A DNA stretch of 64,000 nt from the NCBI GenBank assembly GCA_947652615.1, contig CANTDX010000005.1, positions 7,333 through 71,332 of the forward strand. The letters run 5' to 3'. The notes under the pieces were generated by a model. That model was not told the origin of the DNA and searched no databases. It was given only the letters and a program-made list of their open reading frames with translations. Position numbers and translations under genes: made by a program. This document shows, piece after piece, positions 27,001-35,751 of this stretch (within the stretch, counting starts at the first letter, position 1; each line of letters starts with the position of its first letter). The DNA is from an uncultured Dorea sp. Its GTDB lineage: Bacteria > Bacillota > Clostridia > Lachnospirales > Lachnospiraceae.

Positions 27001-27228
27001 GATCGAGATCTCCTTGTGGAGCCAGAGGAAACGGTCGCGGCCCCTCCATGTATCCCCGGTCTCCATGGTATACCACTCTTCCCCGCCAAAATCCGTTGGA
27101 ACCTTCGGGGATACCACCCCTTGCGTCTCTTCCGCCGCCGCAAAGCTCCTAAGTTCGATAATGTCTCTGTATCTGTACTGCTCCAGTTCAGCAATACGTC
27201 TCTCTAATTTCCTGTCTGTCAAAAACAT
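24055..27228 (-). CDS. GH38 alpha-mannosidase
   Basis: About 1057 aa. GH38 metal-site block VGHTHIDVAWLW and a long C-terminal beta-domain. Start chosen at MFLTDRK (ATG 27228, AAGGAGG 6 nt upstream). Confidence 0.9.
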   Translation of the reverse strand: MFLTDRKLERRIAELEQYRYRDIIELRSFAAAEETQGVVSPKVPTDFGGEEWYTMETGDTWRGRDRFLWLHKEISIPDKWRGRRVVGVFDFGNTGGGNNSGFESMAYVNGQMYQGVDVNHKELFFEEALCGTAVDVTFRLWSGLEGGGIPKDQEHRIARADLAWLDEKVDDFYYMASMVWQALEELDSSDPVQHELRGALDGACRLIDWTYPGSEEFYESVYRADELLNERIDSMDKNSIINVYCVGHTHIDVAWLWRLKHTREKCSRSFSTVFRLMELFPEYVFLQTQPQLYEYMKEEFPDIYANIKKRVQEGRWEADGAMWVEADCNLTSGESLTRQILIGSKFIKDEFGKDVEFLWLPDVFGYSWALPQILKKAGINTFMTTKISWNQYNRMPHDTFKWKGIDGSEVLTHFITTPEPWRERDSWFYTYNGSLLPRTVKGVWDAYRDKQMNKDLLISFGYGDGGGGVNRDMLECRRRLDKIPGLPHVKMSAAGEYFRKLHDTVEHTDSYVHTWDGELYLEYHRGTYTSQAYNKRMNRKMELLYRRAEWLTVMEALLTGKLADAKQEALTRGWKHILTDQFHDIIPGSSIHEVYEDSRKDYAYIEGIAREVEQEAYENVFEQKDDTYTVINASGWTSDQIVVIPENRDGIFRDQEGNELTAQKGQGGTYVEMKAVPAMGMKLITFEEGAEAVPVTEADFSFHVDGRQIETPFYQIALNQYGQITRLYDKTYRREVVPAGERANVLQVFEDKPLDFEAWDIDIFYQEKMREITDLTAFQVTETGPVCMKVHMEWNFAPYQRAAGDHGTDACSKISQDMILYSNDRRIDFGTEVELHDQHQLLKAAFPVDVRSTYGTYDVQYGNVRRPNHWNTSWDQAKFETVAHRWADLSERNYGVSILNDCKYGHDIKDNVLRISLLRAGTHPDHLQDQGTHTFTYALLPHKGDFVEGMVVQEAFALNEPMQAVKGKSVLPYDSFIAFSNAQIELDAVKKSEDGNYIVIRFHEFAGARQEVTVKPGFACQEWAECDLRERPVTEFTQDEISMSLHAYEIKTILMKV

Positions 27229-27377
27229 AGCGTCCTCCTTGAAATCCATATTGATTCTTATATTAATTTTATTATGTGAAAGGGAAATTTTCAATTCTGA
27301 GAATTCTAGTTTTAGTGAATTTTTTGTATATCTGTGTTATATTATACAAAGATGGATGAAAGGATCACGCGCGATTT

Positions 27378-28541
27378 ATGGACAAAAAGCTATTCATCAA
27401 GAACCTGGCAGGACTGTGCCATATCCCTATCTCAATATATCAGGACTCAGTGGGGCTTACCGACAGGCTCGACCCACTTTCTCATCCCCTGAACAGCTAC
27501 GAACAAGCTCTGGTGGAACACATTTTACAGAAGCTAAGAACCGCAGCCTTCGCATACGAGACTTACGAATCCGGGCTTCCGGTCTGTATCATGGGCTGCC
27601 GAGGGTCCGACTGCAGTTTCATACTCGGCCCCTTCGCCTATGGGCCTGTACAGACGCCGGACATGGAGAATAAGTTAAGAAAACTGCACTTAAGCCCTTT
27701 TGTCGAATGCTCCTGGAATGACGCCTTAGCCGCCTCCGTATTCCTGATCAACGAATATCTGGATCCTCAATTCACGGCCGCCATGCTGAAAGAAAGCATT
27801 TCCGAGAAGGATCACGACGTACAGCATCTCCTGGTAAATGAAGAGATCCGCCAATGGGAAAGCTTCCAGGAGAACCATACTTATTATGAAGAGAATATCC
27901 TGTATGATTATGTGGAGAAGGGAGACGTGGATTACCTGGTCAATAACCTGGAACTATTAGAACTGCCGCACCCCGTAATCCTCAGCGACTTCTATAAGAA
28001 CGAAGAATATATGGCGGTGCTCTCCATCTCCTTCGCAGCCCGGGCAGCGATTCGCGGCGGAGTGACCTCCAAAGAAGGGCTTCTGGCCAACGACATTTTC
28101 CTGAAGCAGCTAGAAGACTGCCGCAATGTGAATGAGATCAAGGTTCTTGTCCGCAGGGTGCTTCTTCATTTCACACAATTAGTGGAGAAGAAGCGGCGCA
28201 GACAGAGCCGGAACATACATGTGGAGAAATGCAAGAAAGCGATCTATGCCCATCACCTGGAGAATATTGACCTTGACAAACTCGCCGTACAACTGGGGAT
28301 CTCAAAAGAATATATGCTGAAATTATTCAAGAAACAGGAAGGAATCCCTATCACACAATATATCCGGAACGTGAAGATAGAGGCCGCCTGCAACATGCTG
28401 ATCTATTCAGACCGGCAGATCAATGAGATTGCCGAATACCTTGGATTCGGCAGTCTCAGTTATTTCAGCCGGGTCTTCAAAACCGTCACAGGACTGGCCC
28501 CTGTCCAGTATAAGAAAATACATTCCAAGCCTGGGTTCTGA
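27378..28541 (+). CDS. AraC-family transcriptional regulator
   Basis: 387 aa with a C-terminal double HTH (LDKLAVQLGISKEYMLKLFK ... INEIAEYLGFGSLSYFSRVFK). Divergent from the GH38 gene. Confidence 0.85.
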   Translation: MDKKLFIKNLAGLCHIPISIYQDSVGLTDRLDPLSHPLNSYEQALVEHILQKLRTAAFAYETYESGLPVCIMGCRGSDCSFILGPFAYGPVQTPDMENKLRKLHLSPFVECSWNDALAASVFLINEYLDPQFTAAMLKESISEKDHDVQHLLVNEEIRQWESFQENHTYYEENILYDYVEKGDVDYLVNNLELLELPHPVILSDFYKNEEYMAVLSISFAARAAIRGGVTSKEGLLANDIFLKQLEDCRNVNEIKVLVRRVLLHFTQLVEKKRRRQSRNIHVEKCKKAIYAHHLENIDLDKLAVQLGISKEYMLKLFKKQEGIPITQYIRNVKIEAACNMLIYSDRQINEIAEYLGFGSLSYFSRVFKTVTGLAPVQYKKIHSKPGF

Positions 28542-28543
28542 TC

Positions 28544-29494
28544 TTAATTCGCCCGTCTCTTCTTCTGGTAGCAGTCGAAACCAACGGCGAGTACAAGCAC
28601 GATACCTAATACAATATTCTGAACCCAGCTGTTTAAGTTGATCAGTACCATACCATTGTTAAGCGCACTTATGATAAATGTTCCGGCAACAACTCCCGAC
28701 ATCCTGCCGGATCCTCCGGATACGGACACTCCGCCCAGGACTACACAAGTGATAACCTTGAATTCGTATCCAAGTCCCGCGTTACCCATACCGGAATTCA
28801 CACGTGACAGCAGTACAAGCCCAGCAAGCCCAGCAAAGAATCCTGACAATGCGAATACCAGGTATTTGACTCTCCCTGTACGGATACCGGACAGCCTTGC
28901 CGCTTCAATGTTCCCGCCTACCGCATAAAAGTAGCGTCCGAAATACGTCTTATTCAGGATGAATGCACCCAGTGCAAAACAGAGGATCATGATAATTACC
29001 GGCACAGGCACAGGACCGATCTTACCCTGGCCGAAGACCTTGAACGATTCTGTAAATCCGTTGATCGGCTGTCCGTCGCAGATGATCAGCGCAATACCTG
29101 AAAATGCCGTCTGTGTAGCAAAGGTTGCGATCAATGCCGGAATACCTATGGTTGATACCATGAATCCGTTCAGCAGACCGATCAGCGTAGACGCCGCCAG
29201 CGTAATGATGATCGCAAGTCCCATAGGCACACCCATATTAACCATCAGATAAGAACATAACACGTTCACAAAAGTGATGATCGAACCCGTTGCCAGGTCG
29301 ATATCTCCGAGCAGGATCACGAAGGTCATACCTACGGAAGCAATCCCCCACACGGCTACCTGACGGAGCATGATCAACAAATTGGTTCCCGTAATAAATC
29401 TTGGATTCGCAATCGTAAACCCTATACAAAGTACAATGAATACCACCCATATCGCCTGACTCTTGATTAAATTCGTTATTTTATTCTCCTTCAT
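28544..29494 (-). CDS. ribose-type sugar ABC transporter permease (orphaned)
   Basis: 316-aa RbsC/BPD_transp_2 pattern (GDIDLATGSI, GGNIEAARLSGI). Appears intact. Confidence 0.85.
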   Translation of the reverse strand: MKENKITNLIKSQAIWVVFIVLCIGFTIANPRFITGTNLLIMLRQVAVWGIASVGMTFVILLGDIDLATGSIITFVNVLCSYLMVNMGVPMGLAIIITLAASTLIGLLNGFMVSTIGIPALIATFATQTAFSGIALIICDGQPINGFTESFKVFGQGKIGPVPVPVIIMILCFALGAFILNKTYFGRYFYAVGGNIEAARLSGIRTGRVKYLVFALSGFFAGLAGLVLLSRVNSGMGNAGLGYEFKVITCVVLGGVSVSGGSGRMSGVVAGTFIISALNNGMVLINLNSWVQNIVLGIVLVLAVGFDCYQKKRRAN

Positions 29495-29506
29495 CGCTCC
29501 ACCCTC

Positions 29507-30479
29507 CTACTCATTCGACGCCGCGGACGCATACGTCATGATCGTCTCCTGGCTAAATTCTTCTTTGCGTAATTCGCCGGTCATATTACCCTCTGCCAAT
29601 ACGAGGATCCTGTCGGACATTCCCATCAGCTCTTCCATCTCGGATGAGATCATCAGAATTGATTTCCCTTCCTTCTCTACCAGATCGTTCATCAGCTTAT
29701 ATATCTCATACTTCGCCCCTATATCAATACCTCTGGTAGGCTCGTCGAAGATGATCAGCTCTGAATTCGCCGCCATCCATCTTCCAAGGATCACCTTCTG
29801 CTGGTTACCGCCGCTTAAGTTCTTGATAAGCTGATTCAAGTTCGGGGTCTTGATCGCCATATTATTCCGATACTTCTCGGCAATCTCCTGTTCCTTCTTC
29901 TCATCGATCACACTGAACCGCGAATTCCGCTCGTAGATCGGCATGTTGATATTGTTCTTGATGGATACTCCAAGCATCGCGCCGTGCCGTTTCCTGTCCT
30001 CCGGCACCAGTGCGATTCCAAGATCAATGGCCTCTCTTGGGCTCTTGGGATCGATCTCCTTCCCTTTGTAGATCATCTTCAGTGTTGTCAAGAACCCAGT
30101 TCGCCGTGGTGTTCTCCATCGGGTCATCCCAGCACATCACCTTGATGTCTGCTTCCATCGCCTCGCTGCAGATCCCTTCGACAGAATTCGCATCTGCCGG
30201 ATGCACCATGATCAGATCGCATCCTGATATAATGAAGTTCTCGACCTGCCCCACCTGAGTTCCCGCGTTGTTGTCACAGCCGACAATGGTGTACTCCCAT
30301 CCTCTCGCATCCATCTCCTGTTCAAGCTTTCCCATGACACCGGCCCAGTACGCGTTGGATAGATTCTGGATCGTGATGCCTATCTTAATAGTGCCGTCAT
30401 CACGTGTATCCGCACATCCCATCAACATGAGCCCGGTCATAGACACGCACAGAAGCGCTGCCAGAATCCTGTTCTTCAT
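29507..30479 (-). pseudogene. deletion fusion: N-terminal half of a sugar-binding lipoprotein joined out of frame to the C-terminal part of a two-domain ABC ATPase
   Basis: The SBP frame (MKNRILAALLCVSMTGLMLMGCAD...ANWVLDNT) degenerates near 30090. A different frame then continues as the second NBD only (LVPEDRK..., LSGGNQQK, IFDEPTRGID), with no Walker A and no first NBD. Confidence 0.75.
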
Positions 30480-30596
30480 ACCTCTTCCTCCTTTTAATTT
30501 TATATAATATATAGCTACGCTATTAGCTATCTCAGACAGTAAGTTTTTATATTTATATAATATCTGCAAGACTCCCTGAACCTTGCAGATATAAGT

Positions 30597-31373
30597 TTAA
30601 AAACAGGTAAATGCTCCGTCTACGATAATATCTGATCCAGTCGTAAAGCTGCTGGTATCTCCGGCCAAGTATACGACGATAGACTGCAGCTCTTCCGGCC
30701 TTCCAAGCCTTCCCATCGGCGCCATAGCGTTCCACTGCTCAATGAGCGGCTTCAATGCTTCGGAGTTAAGCGTCAAGTCTGTTCCGATATATCCGGGACT
30801 GATGCAGTTCACACGGACGCCCTTCTTCGCCCACTCGATCGCCAGCGACTTCGTCAGCATGCTGACACCTGCCTTGGATGCATTGTATGCACACTGCGGC
30901 TGCGGAACATTCACGATATGGCCTGACATAGAAGCCGTATTGATGATCGAACCATATCCCTGTTTCAGCATCACTCTTCCCGCTGCCGTCGCACAGAGGA
31001 ACACGCCGTTCAGATTAATGTTGATGACCTTATTCCACTGCTCGAATGTCATCTCCTCCGCCGGAACATTCAGACAGATTCCCGCGTTGTTGAAGCACGC
31101 ATCCAGCTTCCCATAGGTGCCGGCAACCTCCGCCACCATAGCTTCCACATCCTCCTGGTTCGTCACGTCACACCGGATCGCAATCGTCTTAGAACCTGTC
31201 GCATCTGCGATCTCCTTCGCCACAGCCTCCGCTCCTTCGAGATTGACGTCCACGATCGCCACATCTGCTCCTGCCTCCGCAAGTGCTGTCGCCACTGACT
31301 TGCCGATTCCGCTTGCTCCTCCTGTCACATAGATTGCCTTGCCGTCCAGTCTCATCTTCTCAATAATTCCCAT
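30597..31373 (-). CDS. SDR-family oxidoreductase (sugar/polyol dehydrogenase-like)
   Basis: TGGASGIGK, NNAG and YNASKAG motifs. 258 aa. Confidence 0.9.
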   Translation of the reverse strand: MGIIEKMRLDGKAIYVTGGASGIGKSVATALAEAGADVAIVDVNLEGAEAVAKEIADATGSKTIAIRCDVTNQEDVEAMVAEVAGTYGKLDACFNNAGICLNVPAEEMTFEQWNKVININLNGVFLCATAAGRVMLKQGYGSIINTASMSGHIVNVPQPQCAYNASKAGVSMLTKSLAIEWAKKGVRVNCISPGYIGTDLTLNSEALKPLIEQWNAMAPMGRLGRPEELQSIVVYLAGDTSSFTTGSDIIVDGAFTCF

Positions 31374-31579
31374 TTTCTCTTCCTCCTTGATCTTATGTAC
31401 TCTACTCCAAGAATATATAATCTATTTTATATATTCATTTTGTAAAATAGATTAACAAAAGTTGTTTATATTATATATCTATCCCTCCTTTGACACAAGA
31501 CGTATTTTCATACAAAAACGATGTGTCTTTTTTATCTATATTGCACAAGCATTTGTTTTTATTACACTTTAATAATATA

Positions 31580-31624
31580 TTTAATTAAGTCTTTATTAAA
31601 TTGTTTATATGATATCACACTTTC
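31580..31624 (-). promoter_or_regulatory. conserved promoter/operator block, copy 1
   Basis: About 45 nt (TTTAATTAAGTCTTTATTAAATTGTTTATATGATATCACAC) that aligns at roughly 85% with 33988-34030, upstream of the ROK gene. Confidence 0.45.
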
Positions 31625-31673
31625 TTCCATATTTCAACATCTTTTAACATCTTTTTTTCATTTTAACCACGAT

Positions 31674-31705
31674 AAAAGGGGGATCCCTTTCCGGTCTCCC
31701 CCTTT
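31674..31705 (-). terminator. rho-independent terminator after the Zn-ADH gene
   Basis: Minus-strand stem AAGGGGGA / TCCCCCTT with a 13-nt loop, followed by TTTAT. Confidence 0.55.
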
Positions 31706-31722
31706 GGCAATTCTCACATTAT

Positions 31723-32772
31723 CTACTTCGCAATCTTCACTACAGCCTTCACGATCTCTGCCTTCTCGTTGACACTCCGGTCCATCGCCGTCTGTATATC
31801 ATCAAAATCAAAAATATGGGTCGCAATTCCCTTAAGATTCACCTTGCCCTGCTCTACCGCCTCGATCGCCATAGGATAAATATGACGGTAGCGGAAGATT
31901 GTCTTGATGGTAAGCTCCTTATCAAGCGCCATGCTTGCCATGATATTCATCATACCGGTCTTGCCGTAGCCTACCAGTACGATCGTAGCGCCCTTGCTCA
32001 CCACCTGGATTGCCTGATTGGTCGTGATCTCCGTACCTGCCGTCTCGATCGCAAGGTCGAAGCCCATACCATCCGTCAATTCCTTCGCCTTCTCCAATAC
32101 ATCCTCTTCTTTGCCGTTGATCACGCCGTCCGCTCCAAGCTCCAGCGCCTTCTCAAGACGCTTCTCCATGATATCTACCACATAGACTCTGGAAACACCG
32201 CATGCCTTAAGCGCCATCATAGACACCAGACCGATACAGCCCGCGCCGAATACGACCGCCGTCTGCCCGGCCTGGGCGCCGCCCTGCTTCGCCGCATGAA
32301 AACCAACTGCCAGAGGCTCGATCAGCGCCCCCTCCAGCGTACTTACATTCTCCGGCAATTTGAAGCAAAGATCCGCCTCATGCGCCACGTATTCCTGGAA
32401 CACTCCGTCTACCGGAGGCGTCGCAAAGAACACGACGTCCGGACAGAGATTGTATTTGCCTTCACGGCAGAACTTACATTTGCCGCAGGTCTTGCCCGGC
32501 TCTAACGCGACACGGTCTCCTACCTTGAGGTGGGTCACAGCCTTTCCCACTTCTACAACGACTCCGCCCGGCTCATGGCCCAGTACGAACGGCGGCTCCA
32601 CTACAAAGTCTCCGATCCTGCCCGTCTCGTAATAATGCATGTCGCTTCCGCAGATCCCCACATACTCAAGCTTCACCAGCACCTCGTTGTCCTGCGGCGC
32701 CGGGATCGGTCTCTCGGTGTATCCCATCTTGCCGATTCCATTCATTACTGCTACTTTCATTGTTCCTTCCAT
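31723..32772 (-). CDS. Zn-dependent sorbitol/L-iditol dehydrogenase-like alcohol dehydrogenase
   Basis: MDR motifs GICGSDMHYY, GHEPGG and a structural-Zn Cys cluster (CGKCKFCREGKYNLC). AAGGAGGA RBS. Confidence 0.9.
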   Translation of the reverse strand: MEGTMKVAVMNGIGKMGYTERPIPAPQDNEVLVKLEYVGICGSDMHYYETGRIGDFVVEPPFVLGHEPGGVVVEVGKAVTHLKVGDRVALEPGKTCGKCKFCREGKYNLCPDVVFFATPPVDGVFQEYVAHEADLCFKLPENVSTLEGALIEPLAVGFHAAKQGGAQAGQTAVVFGAGCIGLVSMMALKACGVSRVYVVDIMEKRLEKALELGADGVINGKEEDVLEKAKELTDGMGFDLAIETAGTEITTNQAIQVVSKGATIVLVGYGKTGMMNIMASMALDKELTIKTIFRYRHIYPMAIEAVEQGKVNLKGIATHIFDFDDIQTAMDRSVNEKAEIVKAVVKIAK

Positions 32773-32786
32773 CTTACTGTTCCTCC

Positions 32787-33959
32787 TTATATTTTAGATA
32801 TATATTTTTCTATCTGATATAACGCCGCGCCGAATGCCGACGCTTCTTCCCTGTAACGGCAGACCCTGACATACGCCCCGCTTCCGCCGAAGATATTCTT
32901 CGCGGCAGCGATAGCGCGAAACTGCTCTATGTATGGTTCCATATAATTTCCCACATATCCTCCAAGCACCACCTCACAGTCAAAGCACATCCGCAGATTG
33001 TCAACTACTATGGCAAGATCGTACATATATTCTTCCCAGATACGCCGGTACTCCCCGGTGCCTGACTCCAGCTTCTGAAAGAACCCCTTCAGATCTCCAT
33101 TCTCAAGCTGCGCCAGGTTCAGCGCGCTGCAGTAAGCGTCCAGGCATCCCTTCTTGCCGCAATAGCATGTCTTCCCTTCCGGGTGGACTACCATATGCCC
33201 GAACTCACCGCTGCGCCAGTTATTCCCCATATACATAGCGCCGCCGTCATAATCGCTCCGGATCCCGTCGTTGCTCTTCATCTCATCCGCGAAGATCACT
33301 GCGCCGCCCACTGAATTGCTCAGCGACAGGTAGACCATATTACTCTCCGGATCCTTAAAATCCACACCCTCTGTGATCGCCGCTGCATTGGCATCATTCA
33401 GCAATTCACATGGATACGGTATATAATCCGCCAGTCTCTCCCTTGAGAGATCCTTAATATTCAATATATGTGACTGCGTGAGAATGTTCTTCTGCCTGTC
33501 CACGATTCCCGGAAGAGAGATTCCGACTCCTTCCATCTTCGTCTCCGGTATCCGGTTCTCCTCCACAAACCTTCTTAATATCTCCGAAAGCTCCCTGAAA
33601 TACACATCCTCACAGGCAAACGGCTTGCGGATCCGTTCATGCTTCAAGACCTTCCTTGCCAGATCCGTATAAGCTATCCCCACATGATTGGCCGTAATAT
33701 CGACTCCGATCGCGCATCTTGCATCCTTCACCGCAGCGATCGCCTTCGCCTTCCGTCCTCCGGTAGACTGCAATTCGCCCACTTCCGCCACGACTCCGGC
33801 ATCCTTAAGCTCCTTCACGATCGTCAGAACCGTCGGCCCGCTGATATCGAGCGCCGCCGAGATGTCCGGCATACTCGTCTCGCTTAAACTATTCACGTAT
33901 CGGAATACCCGGTTCCTGTTCAGCTTCTTCACTTCTAAACTATTCGTACCTCTTCTCAT
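32787..33959 (-). CDS. ROK-family transcriptional regulator
   Basis: N-terminal wHTH (LNRNRVFRYV...ISGPTVLTIVKEL) plus a ROK sugar-kinase-like domain with Zn motif CYCGKKGCLDAYC. Confidence 0.9.
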   Translation of the reverse strand: MRRGTNSLEVKKLNRNRVFRYVNSLSETSMPDISAALDISGPTVLTIVKELKDAGVVAEVGELQSTGGRKAKAIAAVKDARCAIGVDITANHVGIAYTDLARKVLKHERIRKPFACEDVYFRELSEILRRFVEENRIPETKMEGVGISLPGIVDRQKNILTQSHILNIKDLSRERLADYIPYPCELLNDANAAAITEGVDFKDPESNMVYLSLSNSVGGAVIFADEMKSNDGIRSDYDGGAMYMGNNWRSGEFGHMVVHPEGKTCYCGKKGCLDAYCSALNLAQLENGDLKGFFQKLESGTGEYRRIWEEYMYDLAIVVDNLRMCFDCEVVLGGYVGNYMEPYIEQFRAIAAAKNIFGGSGAYVRVCRYREEASAFGAALYQIEKYISKI

Positions 33960-33987
33960 CTCTCCTCCTTTCCACTTATATAATCGG

Positions 33988-34030
33988 TTTAATTAAGTGA
34001 TTTATTAATTGTGTATATCGTATCACATTT
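33988..34030 (-). promoter_or_regulatory. conserved promoter/operator block, copy 2
   Basis: TTTAATTAAGTGATTTATTAATTGTGTATATCGTATCACAT, 30-70 nt upstream of the ROK start, in the divergent region shared with the AAA-ATPase gene. Confidence 0.45.
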
Positions 34031-34128
34031 TTGTGGAAACTTCAATAACTTTTTATCTTGAAATGAAAAGAGCTTTATGTTAAGGTCTCATTATAGGGTA
34101 CAAATCTCAAAAGGAGTTCACAGTTAAC

Positions 34129-35718
34129 ATGTCTAAGGTTTTTAATGTAAACGGCGCCTGCCACCCAGATCTGCATTACATGGTAGACCTGACACCAAGG
34201 CTGACTAAGATCAAAGCAATGACGGACACCGGTAAATTTTTTTCCATCAATAAAGCCCGGCAATATGGCAAGACTACCACACTGCGGGCTTTGGCTGAGT
34301 TTTTACAGGATAGCTATACCGTTCTTGGTCTTGACTTTCAGAATATCGAATCCGATGAATTTGAAGACGGAAGTTCATTTGTCCACGCACTGGCCCGGGA
34401 AATCAATAAAAAAATCCGAAGACTAACAGACATCCCCGAGGAAATCCTTCAAAGATTTACCAAGCTTGCAGACAAAACGATCCCAAAAACTCGCATGGCT
34501 GAGCTATTTGCATGCTTTAGCGACTGGTGCCGTCAATCCGACAAGCCACTCATCCTTATCATCGATGAAGTAGACAGCGCCGCAAACAATCAGGTATTCC
34601 TCGACTTCCTTGCTCAATTGCGCGCCGCATATCTCGACAGGTACGAGACGCCAACTTTCCAATCCGTTATTCTCGCCGGAGTTTATGATATCCGCAGCAT
34701 CAAAAGCAAACTTCGAACCGATAGCGAACATCTGGAAAACAGTCCTTGGAATATTGCTGCAGACTTTCTTGTTGATATGAGCTTCTCAGTGAACGATATT
34801 GCAGGGATGCTGAACAGCTACGAAGATGATCTGCACACCGGAATGGATATAAAACACATTTCCCAGTTGATCTATGATTCCACTTCCGGCTATCCCTATC
34901 TGGTGTCTCGGCTCTGCAGTTTGATGGATGAATGGCTGCCAGGTATAGAGCCCTTCTCCGATCAAAAAAGTACCTGGACAGAGGCCGGATTTTATGAAGC
35001 CGAGAAAATAATCATAAAAGAGGATAATGCGCTCTACCAGTCACTTATCCAAAAATTAAAATATTATCCCGAACTCAGGACAATGCTGTACGACTTATTA
35101 TTCACCGGGAAACCCATTCCTTATGTTGCAACTAACAGTTATATAAAGGACGCGGCAATGTTCGGCTTCATAAAAAATGTAAATGATTCCGCTGTTATCA
35201 CCAATCGCATTTTTGAAACGGTTCTTTATAATTACTTTGTTTCTGAGGAATTTGCCTCGAGTAAGATGTACCGGGCAGGAGTACAGGAGAAAAATCAATT
35301 TATTACCGGCGGACATCTGGATATCCAGCGAATACTTGTAAAATTTGCCGAGACTTTCGACTTTTTATATGGAGATCAGGATGAAACCTTCCTTGAAGAA
35401 GCGGGCAGACGGTATTTTATCCTGTTCCTGAAACCTATTATCAATGGTATCGGAAATTACAGCGTAGAATCCAGGACTAGGAACAATGAACGCATGGATC
35501 TCGTCATCTACTACCAGGGCGAACAATATGTGGTTGAGCTCAAGCTTTGGCGCGGTAACGCTTATCATGAACGAGGCGAAGAACAACTTTCCAGCTATCT
35601 TGAATATTTTCATCTCACGAAAGGGTATATGCTCAGTTTTAATTTCAATAAGAAAAAAGAAATCGGAGTAAAGGAGATCAAGATTGGAAATAAAACATTG
35701 ATCGAAGCCGTAGTTTAA
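34129..35718 (+). CDS. AAA-ATPase-like protein with C-terminal PD-(D/E)xK nuclease-like domain
   Basis: Walker A-like ARQYGKTTTL, Walker B LILIIDEVD, and a C-terminal RMDLVIYYQGEQYVVELKLW (D...ExK). The architecture matches the AAA-ATPase_like + PDDEXK_9 family as I recall it. Confidence 0.75.
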   Translation: MSKVFNVNGACHPDLHYMVDLTPRLTKIKAMTDTGKFFSINKARQYGKTTTLRALAEFLQDSYTVLGLDFQNIESDEFEDGSSFVHALAREINKKIRRLTDIPEEILQRFTKLADKTIPKTRMAELFACFSDWCRQSDKPLILIIDEVDSAANNQVFLDFLAQLRAAYLDRYETPTFQSVILAGVYDIRSIKSKLRTDSEHLENSPWNIAADFLVDMSFSVNDIAGMLNSYEDDLHTGMDIKHISQLIYDSTSGYPYLVSRLCSLMDEWLPGIEPFSDQKSTWTEAGFYEAEKIIIKEDNALYQSLIQKLKYYPELRTMLYDLLFTGKPIPYVATNSYIKDAAMFGFIKNVNDSAVITNRIFETVLYNYFVSEEFASSKMYRAGVQEKNQFITGGHLDIQRILVKFAETFDFLYGDQDETFLEEAGRRYFILFLKPIINGIGNYSVESRTRNNERMDLVIYYQGEQYVVELKLWRGNAYHERGEEQLSSYLEYFHLTKGYMLSFNFNKKKEIGVKEIKIGNKTLIEAVV

Positions 35719-35751
35719 GGGGATGCCTTTTGGCCTCCCCTAATAATTTCC

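Noticed and set aside
27229-27294. N-terminal extensions offered by the ORF track. Examples are GH38 from 27294, NhaC from 7638, the lyxose isomerase from 13855, the epimerase-like gene from 15094, the permease from 18651, the ATPase from 53221 and the SBP from 54430.
   Set aside because: In each case an internal ATG or GTG is preceded by a strong GGAGG-type RBS at 5-9 nt. The extension either lacks an RBS, overlaps a terminator hairpin or upstream gene, or adds non-homologous residues before a signal peptide or conserved N-terminus.
31374-31722. An 83-aa plus-strand ORF (31521..31772) in the long AT-rich spacer between the Zn-ADH and SDR genes.
   Set aside because: The peptide is low-complexity and hydrophobic, has no RBS, and overlaps the terminator and the ADH 3' end. 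The spacer is better interpreted as promoter/operator DNA containing the conserved block at 31580-31624.
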